Assembly (NCBI RefSeq): GCF_003918875.1
Contig: NW_025767707.1
Span: forward strand, 62,001 to 126,000
DNA from: Haliotis rubra
Lineage: Eukaryota
Length of the DNA: 64,000 bases
Direction of reading: 5' to 3'
Within the stretch, counting starts at the first letter, position 1. The number at the start of each line of letters is the position of its first letter. Shown here piece after piece: positions 48,701 through 61,037 of the stretch. Made by a program: the position numbers and the translations under genes. The notes beneath the pieces are model-generated. The model did no database searches. It saw only the letters and a program-made list of their open reading frames with translations, and was not told the origin of the DNA.

Positions 48701-50029
48701 TCCATCCGTTGTATACACAGTACTTTCTTCTCAACTGACGTAAAAAAATCATGTACTAAAGTCTATTTGTGGGCGAGTTATACATGTTTGAAAATACAAC
48801 ATTTTGCAACAGATTTCTGGTCTATGCGTTTCTTTTTTTGGATAGTATAGTTTAATTCGAATCGGAAATGGAATTATATTCTTACCCCGTTTTTCTAAGA
48901 ACATATTCAAAACAATCGGTATGCAGAGTAGACGTATTGAATCATGTTTGACTATCACCTTGTATCTCGCACAATAAAAGCGGACGAGTCTATTGTATCG
49001 TAAGGAGCATGACCCTTGTTGTTTTAATTAATCCGGTCCGTTCCGTATGTAGGCTGCTTAGCAAGACAATTGTGCAAAATGTGATTAAAGCACCAAACTT
49101 GGCACAAATGTTCACTAATATGTAGTGATCATTTAAATATAAGGAGGCATTAGAAATAATCATTCTTCAGCGCATGCGCAACATCTGAATAATGCAATCA
49201 TGAACACTTCCGTATGAGAAATGGGCGTATGACTAATGGGATACAACCGAAATCGGATGTGGAATGCAAATTGTTGAGAAAACTACTTATGATATCATTT
49301 CAGCGTGGCTGGCACCCTCACTAGCATTGGGACCGCTGGTATACCTAATGCTGCCATAGTAACCATCATGGTTTTTCTAGCCAATATGGGACTACCAACA
49401 AACGAAATCTACATCATTTTTGCCATGGATTGGTTTCTGTGAGTATTTTCAGCGAGAAATGACACACTTATAGTGATACTGTTTGATTTTGATTAAATAC
49501 ATGCAAAAAATTTCTGGCACATATTTTAAAGAATATTCGACGATTATACTTGAAATGTTTTACAAAACTGCATATGCTTTCACGTAATATAATCTTTGAA
49601 CGTCGATACCTTGTACATTTCTGTATGTGTATGCTCACGTAACGACTCCTCCTTGCCAAATATACAAATATGGAATATAGATCAGGTGCTATTTGTGTAA
49701 TGCAAACATCAAGTAGATTAGCTACAAGACAATGACGAACACTGTTAACTAAACACCGCCCGTTTATGTGTTCCCTTCATGTTCCACCTGCATAACTCAA
49801 TCTATAAACGAATGACCTGTTTATGGCCTAACATGTTTCATTCTTGAGGACCATAACAGCAGCTATGTTCTGGTGTTTCAGCGGGCGAATGAGGACTATC
49901 ACTAATGTGAATGGAGACTGTATGGGCGCAGCTATTCTGCAGCATTTCTTCCACCAGGATGGCAGCAATGGTTCGGCATATGAAAATAGCCCACTCCCAC
50001 AGGACGAGAGAGAGATGGAGGAAGTTTAG
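33764..50029 (+). CDS. SLC1A-family transporter copy C, complete, 491 aa; exons 33764-33968, 35076-35286, 41984-42204, 43180-43306, 44412-44645, 45104-45298, 49304-49438, 49882-50029
   Basis: Exon lengths 205+211+221+127+234+195+135+148=1476 nt give consistent phases. The product has the full SLC1 architecture (NILLILTV, LPGDIVMRMLNML, NLFPDNIV, NVLGML, HP1, NMDG, HP2, TM8). The model needs a GC donor after exon 3. Confidence 0.9.
35628..36284 (+). repeat. ~300-bp tRNA-related repeat in head-to-tail tandem (2 units plus a partial third); a diverged single copy at ~51278-51620
   Basis: Each unit has A box TGGCT(A/G)AGTGG and B box GGTTCGAATCC. The block TACTTTACTGAGAAAGTGTAAT...TTTGACCACTTT occurs three times. 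Confidence 0.8.
36341..41021 (+). mobile_element. I-group (Nimb-like) LINE with RNase H, with an internal deletion joining ORF1 to the ORF2 endonuclease
   Basis: ORF1 starts ...IKRLRSGSLLIEC...PHTTLNTSKG and is fused to HNPLWGG (APE). Downstream motifs are GSDHFP, YRPISLTS, FFDLEKAYD, PQGSILS, LFVDD and RNase H (FTDGS, FSDSLS, WLPSHVG). It has a (CACT)n tail and a 13-bp TSD CCATTCCATGTAT at 36328-36340 and 41022-41034. Confidence 0.93.
42481..42616. other. Assembly gap (N run); a second gap at 50253-50387
   Basis: Both intervals are runs of N. Confidence 1.
46256..46659. mobile_element. Non-autonomous DNA transposon with TAY...RTA ends and a 6-bp TSD (IS3EU-like)
   Basis: TIRs are TACGAAAGCCCAATGCTGCC and GGCAGCATTAGGCTTTCATA, with TSD CAATTT on both sides. 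It contains internal 20-bp repeats (GCAACGAGAAAATAAT) and is absent from intron 6 of copy A. Confidence 0.75.
46794..49248. mobile_element. Non-autonomous DNA transposon with ~30-bp imperfect TIRs and a 7-8-bp TSD, hosting nested insertions
   Basis: The ends are GGGTGTCACCCCCATAAGTCATTCGTCCCATT and AATGGGCGTATGACTAATGGGATACAACC, flanked by GAAATCA(G) and GAAATCG(G). The empty site is visible in copy A at ~8357-8365. Confidence 0.7.
48132..48847 (+). mobile_element. Tc1-family transposon, internally deleted (HTH region kept, DDE lost)
   Basis: TIRs TACTATCCCAAAAAAGAAACGCATAG and CTATGCGTTTCTTTTTTTGGATAGTA are flanked by TA. It encodes VARRLNVSLSTISRL, DRPRTGKP and ISAQTVRNRFRE. Confidence 0.9.
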
Positions 50030-52384
50030 TCACTTGAATAGGACGTGGAGTGTTGCACACACTTTCATTATTCTCAGGAAGTCGTTTCACCTTTACCACT
50101 TTATATTGCCGCCGAAGAACAACAAGCATCAATCTGTACTGCCTGTATAGTAAGGGGCAGTGGGGTAGCCTGGTGGTTAAAGCGTTCGCTCGTCAAGCCG
50201 GAGACCTGGGTTCGATTCCCCTCACGGGTACAATGTGTGAAGGCCATTTCTGNNNNNNNNNNNNNNNNNNNNNNNNNNNNNNNNNNNNNNNNNNNNNNNN
50301 NNNNNNNNNNNNNNNNNNNNNNNNNNNNNNNNNNNNNNNNNNNNNNNNNNNNNNNNNNNNNNNNNNNNNNNNNNNNNNNNNNNNNNNAACATTTATCATC
50401 AAGCCATTATTGATTTCACGCCAGTATTTGTATAACCATGTAGGTGTGATTAGATCTTCTTTTAAACACTAAACCACTTGAGTCTATAAACTACCATTCT
50501 GAGTTTGCCACTAAATATGATTGCATTTTTGTTGTCAAATCTCTTTTTGTACAATTCTGATGTCATCATGAGCATGTATTTGTTTCAGGAGTATTACTGC
50601 TGCACAATGTTGTTTATAAACAATCGAGTCTGGACCACACAATCCAGTGATTGTCATAATGACCGAGCCTATAGTTAGGAATCACTATGAAACGTATTAC
50701 GAGTGAATGAATTGTATAAAATCCGATTTTTAAACAATATCAATGTGCATTTAAGACAGATTGGGATCATAGCTAAGATATGCTAGTTTTCTTCTTTTCA
50801 AAAATATCAACAAAAGGAAATGTAAAGGGTCACTTACTGATAGTGATGTTACTGTGAGACATGCCTGGACTCTCGAGATCAGAAGAATTCATGCCTCACG
50901 CACGCTTGCTGTCAAACAATATTGACGGACACGTATTGAATTCTTATGAATAAACATTATGTGGGTTTCTGGCAATAAGGAATTGTAACGTATCGTTGCA
51001 TAGCTACATCTATTGTAAGTGTCATGTATGGATGTTTTGTAAATAAAAACACTTTACTCAGATGAGACCCCTGGAGATCCGGATTAGAATTGATCTTCAG
51101 CAACCAATGCGTGTCGTAAGAGGCGACTAACGGGATCGGGTGGTCAGGCTCGCTGACGTGTTTGACACATGTTGTCGTATCCCATTTGCATATATCGATG
51201 CTCATGTTGTTGATCACTGGATTGTCACTGAACATTGCTGATTCCGGCGTTGAACAACAAACAACAAAAAATCTTAATGAGAAAGTGTAATCTCAAATAA
51301 GCATATGTTGTATTTGACCACTTTCTCAAAGGCATTGTGTATTCATAGCTTCGGGAATGGGAGCCGTGCTAATTTATACTTGTCAGAGGGGTACACGCGT
51401 GGTTTAGTGCTAAGACTACCAGTTGTCCGACTTCCATTTCGTGTAAGCTGCGATGGCTAGGTGGGTTAGATCGCTGACTTTGGTGCCTAGGTGCCATGAG
51501 AGTGTGGATTCGAATCCCGGATGGGACTCAACAACACAAAAGTACTAAAATCTGTATTTGTTTAATCCCAAATGCATCATATGTTGCATTTGACCACTTC
51601 TAAAAGGCATCGTGTGACTTGCGTGTGGCACTACAGTTTATTAAAGTACCCTGACAAGTATGATACTGCAACCACTCAGCCAAAACGTCAATGGTAGTAC
51701 ATTGGAAAATTTTGTCGTAACTTTGGCAACTCATTATTCGAGTGCATTCAACAGGATGGTACAAAACGAGATTTTTCCAGGGAGTGACCAATCCTGGTGT
51801 TGTCTATCACAATGGCTTTCTTCGGGCACTTCTCAATCCTCGTGGATCAAATGATGATTCATACCGAATGAAAAAGAAAAAAACAAGAAATCACACACTA
51901 GTTGTTACTATCTGACATCTAGCCCAAAGTGAAATGATTGACTTTCAAACTTGGCGTGTGCTTAATAATTCTTGGAGTCAAAGTCATTCTTCAATTCCCT
52001 TGACTTGAGATCATAAACTAGAGGGGCGAAGGGGAAGCCTAGTGCTTAAAGCGTTCGGTCGTCACGCTGAAGACCCGGGTTCGATTCCCCACATGGGTAC
52101 AATGAAGCCCATTTCTGGTGTCCCCAGCTGTGATATTACTGGACTATTGCTAAAAGCGGCGTAAAACTAAACTCACCCATCAAACCCTGCCTTCCCGAGG
52201 ATGGGTATCATTACATAATAAGCCCCAATGTTCATCGTGATTAGATGTCACTGAGCAGTGTAAACAAGAACACGATATTCTATAATCACCTACAGATGCA
52301 ATGATAAACAGTAAAACCGTAAATGAATAAATTACTGTCAATAATTTCTTTGATTGGTATTCTAGAAGTTGAGGAAATGAAGTA

Positions 52385-52517
52385 TGAGGACAATTGTTTA
52401 TGGATATACAACTTCTTTATTTTGTATGAGCACTTGGTTGACAACGACATTAGAATCTATGTCGAAACGTCGACTATACACAATATAGAAGTTGTATATC
52501 CATAAAAAATGTCCTCA
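52385..52517. repeat. Penelope-like inverted terminal fragment with a degenerate hammerhead
   Basis: The arms GAGGACA...TTTATGGATATACAACTTCT and AGAAGTTGTATATCCATAAA...TGTCCTC enclose TTGACAA-CGACAT...ATGTCG-AAACGTC. Confidence 0.55.
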
Positions 52518-53112
52518 GTCTACTGTCAATAATATTTAAAATGTGTTTGCATTACATTTAAAAACAGAGCAATCACATCCCTCGATACTCTTAAATATCC
52601 AAGACTATACAACATGCATTGTGGACCCTTTTGAGTCTCTATTTGTTTTTAAACAATGTGTCTTTGCTTAAGTATCCAACGCGTATATTTCGCTACAATA
52701 ATTAGAGGTGAACGTGTCATATGGCTACAGTTGATTCGTAAATGGACTATGAGGGGTGTTTGGGGAAGCACTTGGTTGCAAACGGGTTTTTTATCAGCGT
52801 CCAGACATTATAATGTTTCTGCATTTTGTTCACACGTATTATCATCCAAGTACTGTTTGTACTGCATTGGACGGGTTGTTTTGTCTCTAGGCTGTCCTAC
52901 TGCCCCACTGACCTCTTCCTCTACCCAATAACTACGAATAGAACCCACATGCCTGTATTTGATTCTTCGTGACCAGAGATAATGAAGACATGTTCGTTAT
53001 TATTCTTGACACGAAGGTTTATGTATGTAGCCATAGAAATATGTTTTTAAAAAATTAAATTTTAAAAAGAACATACCGTGAAAATCTGGATGAGAAGTGA
53101 TTCTCAGCAACC

Positions 53113-56100
53113 CATTTATGCAGCATTCACTATTAAGCATCACACAATTATCAGCTACTCCCCATCACATTTATGCAGCATTTACTATTAAGCATCACAC
53201 AATTATCAGCTACTCCCCAACACATTTATGCAGCATTCACTATTAAGCATCACACAATTAACACCTACTCCCCAACACATTTATGCAGTATTTACTATTA
53301 AGCATCACACAATTAACACCTACTCCCCATCACATTTATGCAGCATTTACTATTAAGCATCACACAATTAACACCTACTGCCCATCCCATTTATGCAGTT
53401 TTTACTATTAAGCATCACACAATTAACACCTACTCCCCATTACATATATGCAGTATTTACTATTAAGCATCACACAATTAACACCTACTCCCCAACACAT
53501 TTATGCAGCATTTACTATTAAGCATCACACAATTATCACCTACTCCCCAACACATTTATGCAGTATTTACTATTAAGCATCACACAATTATCACCTACTC
53601 CCCAACACATTTATGCAGCATTTACTATTAAGCATCACACAATTATCACCTACTCCCCATCCCATTTATGCAGTTTTTACTATTAAGCATCACACAATTA
53701 ACACCTACTCCCCATCACATTCATGCAGTATTCACTATTAAGCATCACACAATTAACACCTACTCCCCATTACATATATGCAGTATTTACTATTAAGCAT
53801 CACACAATTAACACCTACTCCCCATCACATTTATGCAGTATTTACTATTAAGCATCACACAATTAACACCTACTCCCCATCACATTTATGCAGTATTTAC
53901 TATTAAGCATCACACAATTAACACCTACTCCCCATCACATTTATGCAGCATTTACTATTAAGCATCACACAATTAACACCTACTCCCCATCCCATTTATG
54001 CAGTTTTTACTATTAAGCATCACACAATTAACACCTACTCCCCATCACATTCATGCAGTATTCACTATTAAGCATCACACAATTAACACCTACTCCCCAT
54101 CACATTTATGCAGCATTTACTATTAAGCATCACAAAATTAACACCTACTCCCCAACACATTTATGCAGTTTTACTATTTACATCACACAATTAACACCTA
54201 CTCCCCAACACATTTATGCAGTATTTACCATTAAGCATCACACAATTAACACCTACTCCCCATCACATTTATGCAGTATTTACTATTAAGCATCACACAA
54301 TTAACACCTACTCCCCATCCCATTTATGCAGTATTTACTATTAAGCATCACACAATTAACACCTACTCCCCATCACATTTATGCAGCATTTACTATTAAG
54401 CATCACATAATTAACACCTACTTCCTAGTTCATTTATGCAGTATTCACTATTAAGTATCACACAATTATCAACTTCTCCACAACACATTTATGCAGTATT
54501 CACTATTAAGCATCACAAAATTATCAACTACTCCCCATCCCATTTATGCAGCATTCACTATTAAGTATCACACAATTATCAACTACTCCCCAACACATTT
54601 ATGCAGCATTTACTATTAAGTATCACACAATTATCAACTACTCCCCAACACATTTATGCAGTATTCACTATTAAGTATCACACAATTATCAACTACTCCC
54701 CAACACATTTATGCAGCATTTACTATTAAGCATCACACATTTATCAACTTCTCCCCAACACATTTATGCAGCATTCACTATTAAGTATCACACAATTATC
54801 AACTACTCCCCAACACATTTATGCAGCATTCACTATTAAGTATCACACAATTATCAACTACTCCCCAACACATTTATGCAGTATTCACTATTAAGTATCA
54901 CACAATTATCAACTACTCCCCAACACATTTATGCAGCATTCACTATTAAGCATCACACAATTATCAACTACTCCCCAACACATTTATGCAGCATTCACTA
55001 TTAAGTATCACACAATTATCAACTACTCCCCAACACATTTATGCAGCATTCACTATTAAGTATCACACAATTATCAACTACTCCCCAACACATTTATGCA
55101 GTATTCACTATTAAGCATCACTCATTTATCAACTTCTCCCCAACACATTTATGCAGCATTCACTATTAAGTATCACACAATTATCAACTACTCCCCAACA
55201 CATTTATGCAGTATTCACTATTAAGTATCACACAATTATCAACTACTCCCCAACACATTTATGCAGCATTCACTATCAAGTATCACACAATTATCAACTT
55301 CTCCCCAACACATTTATGCAGTATTCACTATTAAGTATCACACAATTATCAACTACTCCCCAACACATTTATGCAGCATTCACTATTAAGCATCACACAA
55401 TTATCAACTTCTCCCCAACACATTTATGCAGCATTCACTATTAAGTATCACACAATTATCAACTACTCCCCAACACATTTATGCAGCATTCACTATTAAG
55501 TATCACACAATTATCAACTACTCCCCAACACATTTATGCAGCATTTACTATTAAGCATCACTCAATTATCAACTACTCCACAACACATTTATGCAGCATT
55601 TACTATTAAGTATCACACAATTATCAACTACTCCCCAACACATTTATGCAGCATTCACTATTAAGTATCACACAATTATCAACTACTCCCCAACACATTT
55701 ATGCAGTATTCACTATTAAGCATCACACATTTATCAACTTCTCCCCAACACATTTATGCAGCATTCACTATTAAGTATCACACAATTATCAACTACTCCC
55801 CAACACATTTATGCAGCATTCACTATTAAGCATCACACAATTATCAACTACTCCCCAACACATTTATGCAGCATTCACTATTAAGTATCACACAATTATC
55901 AACTACTCCCCAACACATTTATGCAGCATTCACTATTAAGTATCACACAATTATCAACTACTCCCCAACACATTTATGCAGTATTCACTATTAAGTATCA
56001 CGCAATTATCAACTTCTCCCCAACACATTTATGCAGCATTCACTATTAAGTATCACACAATTATCAACTACTCCCCAACACATTTATGCAGTATTCACTA

Positions 56101-56410
56101 TTACGTATCACACAATTATCAACTACTCCCCAACACATTTATGCAGCATTCACTATTAAGTATCACACAATTATCAACTACTCCCCAACACATTTATGCA
56201 GTATTCACTATTAAGCATCACACAATTATCAACTACTCCCCAACACATTTATGCAGCATTTACTATTAAGCATCAACAATTATCAACTACTCCCCAACAC
56301 ATTATGCAGCATTTACTATTAAGTATCACAAAAAGTATCAACTATTTGCCAGTTTATTTATATAACATTTACTATTAAGCATCACAAAATGATCAGCTAC
56401 TCCCCGGCTT
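53113..56410. repeat. 55-bp minisatellite/satellite array, ~60 copies
   Basis: The unit is CATTTATGCAGCATTCACTATTAAGCATCACACAATTATCAACTACTCCCCAACA. Confidence 0.98.
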
Positions 56411-56524
56411 TTTAATGACTTGTCATAAAGGATCCTTACCAGCAATGTCGGCTCCCTTCGTGTTCATTCGGATCAGATCGACACACTTTCGACACGTTCT
56501 GTGTGACACTTGGATTACACAAAG

Positions 56525-59500
56525 ATGGCCGCGTTAGACATACTAGACGACACCAGACTTGAACGGTTGTTACAGGATATCAACCATGATGAGAGGGCTA
56601 CAATGGTGAGGTTATATCTATATCATACACTAATACCACTGACCTACAACACACACTATGCATGTTTTGTGTTACATTATTTTATGTGGAGTTCTCTCCT
56701 TCTTTCTTTGAGAATACAGCTACCTATTCCCAATACACTATGACCTTGGAACACTGGGTCAACACGATTACTTATCTGTGTACTGTTATGTTTCAGGTGG
56801 CCGGTGAAATTCGATCGAAATTACAGTGCATAATGACGGACTTTGACTTTGTTGTCGACGCCTGGCCTCACTATAAAGCTTTAGTTATCCGCCGCCCTAT
56901 ACATATACGGGTATGATTGAACGTTTCCTGTAAATGATTAAATGGACATAAGGACAACGGAAATCAATTTTTGTCTTACCCGACAATGTCGCGTAATTAA
57001 CGTTTGTATAGCTTTAGACATTCCTGTATTTCCCTTGGTAAACAAATGTGGTGTAGCTGATGATGATGATTTGGAGGTTTTGCGCTTTCCGACATGATGT
57101 GTATTTCGCACACGGGCTCGCCAGTTAATTTATTGTTTGATTGTAAGAGGCGTGATTTAAGCGAAAGGTTTTGTTAATGCATGTTCATCTGACACAGTTG
57201 ACTCCCAACTTGGTTAGTTAAAGACTTTGTGAATGATGATATTTTTCTTAACACACCCATCTTAATCAGATAAAGACTTGTTGCATGTACTTTTATCTTA
57301 ACATAGATGACGCCCATCCTGGTCAGTTAAAGACTTTTCAATGCATATTTTTCTTAACACGCCCATCTTAATCAGATAAACGCTTGGTGCATGTACGTTT
57401 ATCGTCCCACAGTTGACGCCCATCCCAGACAGTTAAAGAGCAAGTCAGTGCCATTTTACAAAATTCGCAACTGTTTTTATGTCACACAACTCCGTGGTGT
57501 AGTGGTTAGAGCATCCGCCTGGAGAGCGGAAGGTCGCGGTTTCGATCCCCGAACGCGTCATAACAAAAGACGTTAAAATATGGTACTTGTTGGTCCCTGC
57601 CTGGCGCTCGGCATTAATGGGTACAACAAGGACTGGTCGGCTCGGAGTCAGTATAATGTGTCTGAGTGGGGTATTCATGATTCACTGCGGCATGGTATCT
57701 CAGTGGGCTAGCACTATAAAACCAGCTTAAATCTGGGCTAGTACAAGCAGCCGCACATACACATACACACGCATGCACGTCGTCATATGAGCGAAATATT
57801 CTCAAGTACGACGTTAAACCCAATTTCATCTCACCTCACCTCACACACAAAATTATATCGTTCCATAATTTTCAAGCCACCACACCCTCACACCATCTTC
57901 TTATCAAACCAAAACCACACCCTCGCACTTGACAGGGTGACCAATGGAGGTTTACCTACTTCTTTGCCGATTCCATGTTAGAATTGGATCGAGTGCCTCT
58001 TGCTGATTAGGAAAACCTTCTGGCAGTTTCAACTCCACTCATTTCAACGCCATACATGTAATTTCATGGAAAACTAAATCTGTTATTGGATAACTGCTGT
58101 ACTGAGACAGGCCGGTTGTTGATATTACAGGAAAGATTCTCCAGGGGTGCTATGGTATATGCTAAAGACCCAGAAGCCTTGAGGGAGCTACTTCTGAGAG
58201 ATGGAGTCACGGAGTGGTTGGACGAAGTCAGTTTTAGAGGTAATGTAGCTAACAATAGGTAACACACAACAGTGAAACGTGTAATGTGTGATTTAAATAT
58301 GTACTTGCAAACATTCTGTTCTGTTCCGTGAATAAATACAACTAGTTTTCCTCATAATATGATAATAAGGCTACTTGTTCCATCTTTTACTCCATACAAG
58401 TTATGCGTTGAGTAAAACAAATATAGACATGTACATCTTCAGTTAAACACCTGTGGAACATCTGTTTTCATGACACGCATGAACTGAAATAGTGGTGTAA
58501 CAAACTACAGACAATTTCGCAGAATGGTCAAGACAGAGCAAATTATGAGGTTCAATTTATATTGAGACCTTGATCTTACAGATATGGACAAATGTACGAA
58601 ATGCGAATATCTTAAGAGGCGAACTCACAGTTTATACTGACAGTTTACCTGAGAAACATAGGCAAATGTACGAGACACAAATATCCAAAGAGAGGAACTC
58701 ACAGTTTATACTAAAGCTTATCTGAGAGACATTTAGAAATCAATCATAGAAATGATTCCATTTGAATGTATTTTGTTGAAGGCTGTGATTCAAGAGTGAT
58801 GCCAGTTTTCTCGGCCCTGTCGGAGCATCACAACACAAAACTCACCTGTACACTGAATGGTGTGCTCCTTAGAGTCACCGAAGATTCTCTGACACTCAGG
58901 TTAGTAAAACCATACCAATATCGCCTTTTTCACATATACTTGGGGACCCGTGAAGATCCGGGTTAGAATTGGTCTTCAGCAAGACATGCTTGTCGTATGA
59001 GGCGACTAATGGGATCGGGTTGTCAGCCTCGCTGACTTGGCTGACACTTGTCATCATATCCCAGTCGATGCTCATGCTGCTGATCACTAGATTACCTGGT
59101 CCAGATTCGATTATTTCCAGACCGCCGCCATACGGCTGGACAACAAACAAACGTACCTGGTTGTAAAATTTGTAAAATTTGGCCCGACCCTAATTTATTT
59201 TTTTGTTTTTTTTAACTGGTAAATTTGCGTGTATATAGCTGGCAGACTTCCGAAATCAGTCTCAGCTTCCTGCACTCCATGTTTTCGACTAGCATTGTAT
59301 AGAAAATCAGAAGAAAATATTAAAAAATGAAAATAAAATCCGCCCTACCTGCCCAATTTTGTTTTATAAAAAGTAATGAGAAATAAAACAAATGTTTTAT
59401 GTAGCCTAAGCAGTTTCAACGTGACATCGTCAAAAGTTTGGACATTTTTTTTTCACACTACAGGAACGGATAGGATTCATTATGTAAAACAGTGACGAAT

Positions 59501-61037
59501 GTTCACATATCCCATATAAAAGCTTAAAAACACTGATGCTGAAATATGACACAGGAGACAGGTGATGTCAGTTAAATCATAGCAGCCATTTAAGCTGGTC
59601 AGTCAAAGTTAGCATCTACCGCATACAGCTGGGTATGGGACTAGCCATTCAAGACGCCACTATGTGAAGTTGCGTTACCAATATTAACAAGGTTGGAAAG
59701 CTGATATTGCAAATAGCTCGAAGGTCGTTTACTAAAAAATATTAGAGACACTCGCATACTTGAAAACGATCTTCTCTTCCCAGCTTATATTTACTCTCCT
59801 ATTTTGAAATACAGAACATGTAATCACAATCTCCCGGTAGAAACTGGTCGTTGGCATGGTATTGCAAGAAAAATAAAACATGTAAACTTTGCCAGCAATA
59901 GGTGATGAATATTTTTTTTAATGTGAAGCCCTTACAGATATTAGATTGAAATATTTACCAACTAGACATACGTACTTCCCCAGTTTGTCAACACTGAAGA
60001 AAATATTTATTTGCAGAAATTCAAAAGAAATAAGAAATCTATCCAAATATTTGCTAGTATTATATAAACTTGTTTAATCTGTACTATCTCAGTTTACTCA
60101 TTCTATATAAGCAACAAATCATTTAATAGCTCTCAATGTATGGTATTATTATGTTTAATTTTGACCTGTTCTACCTGCCATTTTGTCATTTTTGTCTATA
60201 TGTATTTATATGTGGTTATTTGAGAATAAATTGAACTTGAACTTGAAACCTATGACCGTTGATACAGATTTCTCACGCACAGTGAATATCTCTTATCCTT
60301 TAATTACTTTAAAAGTTCTTTTGTAATCATGACAATGCTCTTTTAATTTTCGACTTTTGAAGAGAAATTTACACAACAGATAAATCTTGAATAGCTGATA
60401 CAGGGAACCAGAGCATAAAGGTACTGTAAGTCCCCATGATCGCAAAAGAGGGAAAAGATTTAGGTGGTCTATGGACATTTTTTAATTGTCTATATATGTA
60501 TTTTAATTTTGATCAGATTTATTATGCTTCTGATTAACTCCCTTGCACCCTCCATCTTCAACACAACAGTGTTTGTTTGTGTTGTGTTGCAGGCCGATAC
60601 CTGACGGGTTTACAGTGACAAGTCTCAAACCAGATCAGTCGGAGATGGCCAACTCTAATTGGAAGTTCAGTAGTGAATACTCCATAAATTACATCAGAGA
60701 TATAATTGGGAAAATGCCGTCTTGTTGCCTGTACGACAACACGGGAGACGTGGTGGGCTACGCCTTCACCTACCACTACGGCTTTTTGGGGATGTTGCAC
60801 GTGAAAGAAGATTACAGGGGGAAGGGGTACGCCAAGGTGATCGTGTCCCACTTAGCACAGAAATGTCTTCAGGAACAGAAGTATGTTTCCGTGGTTGTTG
60901 AAAGCGACAACCATCTGTCGCTGAAGCTTCATACAGATTTAGGATTTGTAGAAGTGCCAGACTTGAGGCTTTCGTGGGTAGACCTGACTCCAACGTCCAA
61001 TATACCAACAGCTGAGAAGGAAGTGTTCAATAGTTAG
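56525..61037 (+). CDS. Glycine N-acyltransferase-like (GLYATL3-like) GNAT/FR47 acyltransferase, 288 aa; exons 56525-56605, 56797-56910, 58131-58239, 58782-58899, 60593-61037
   Basis: GT-AG exons of 81+114+109+118+445=867 nt stay in frame. Motifs include FVVDAWPHYKALVIR, YAKDPEALRELL, ANSNWKF and the acyl-CoA motif GMLHVKEDYRGKGYA, followed by V.SDN..S..L...LGF. AATAAA is at ~61110. Confidence 0.88.
57490..57845 (+). mobile_element. tRNA-derived SINE family C (Meta/MESC-core-like); a 5'-truncated copy at ~61189-61415
   Basis: It has A box TGGTGTAGTGG, a B-box-like GGTTTCGATCCCC, a core GGTACTTG...CCCTGCCTGGCGCTCGGCATTAATGG and a 3' end GAAATATTCT...GACGTTAAACC. Confidence 0.8.

Noticed and set aside
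33764-50029. Assigning a specific symbol such as SLC1A2 or SLC1A3
   Set aside because: Key residues diverge from all vertebrate members, and orthology needs a phylogeny.
53113-56410. CRISPR-like array, or the ORFs within the 55-bp repeat
   Set aside because: The units are contiguous with no unique spacers and no cas genes, in a eukaryotic context. The ORFs are translations of the repeat.
57180-57450. Short intronic duplications (~110 bp here, ~80 bp at 58580-58730)
   Set aside because: They are low-copy degenerate local duplications with no further structure.
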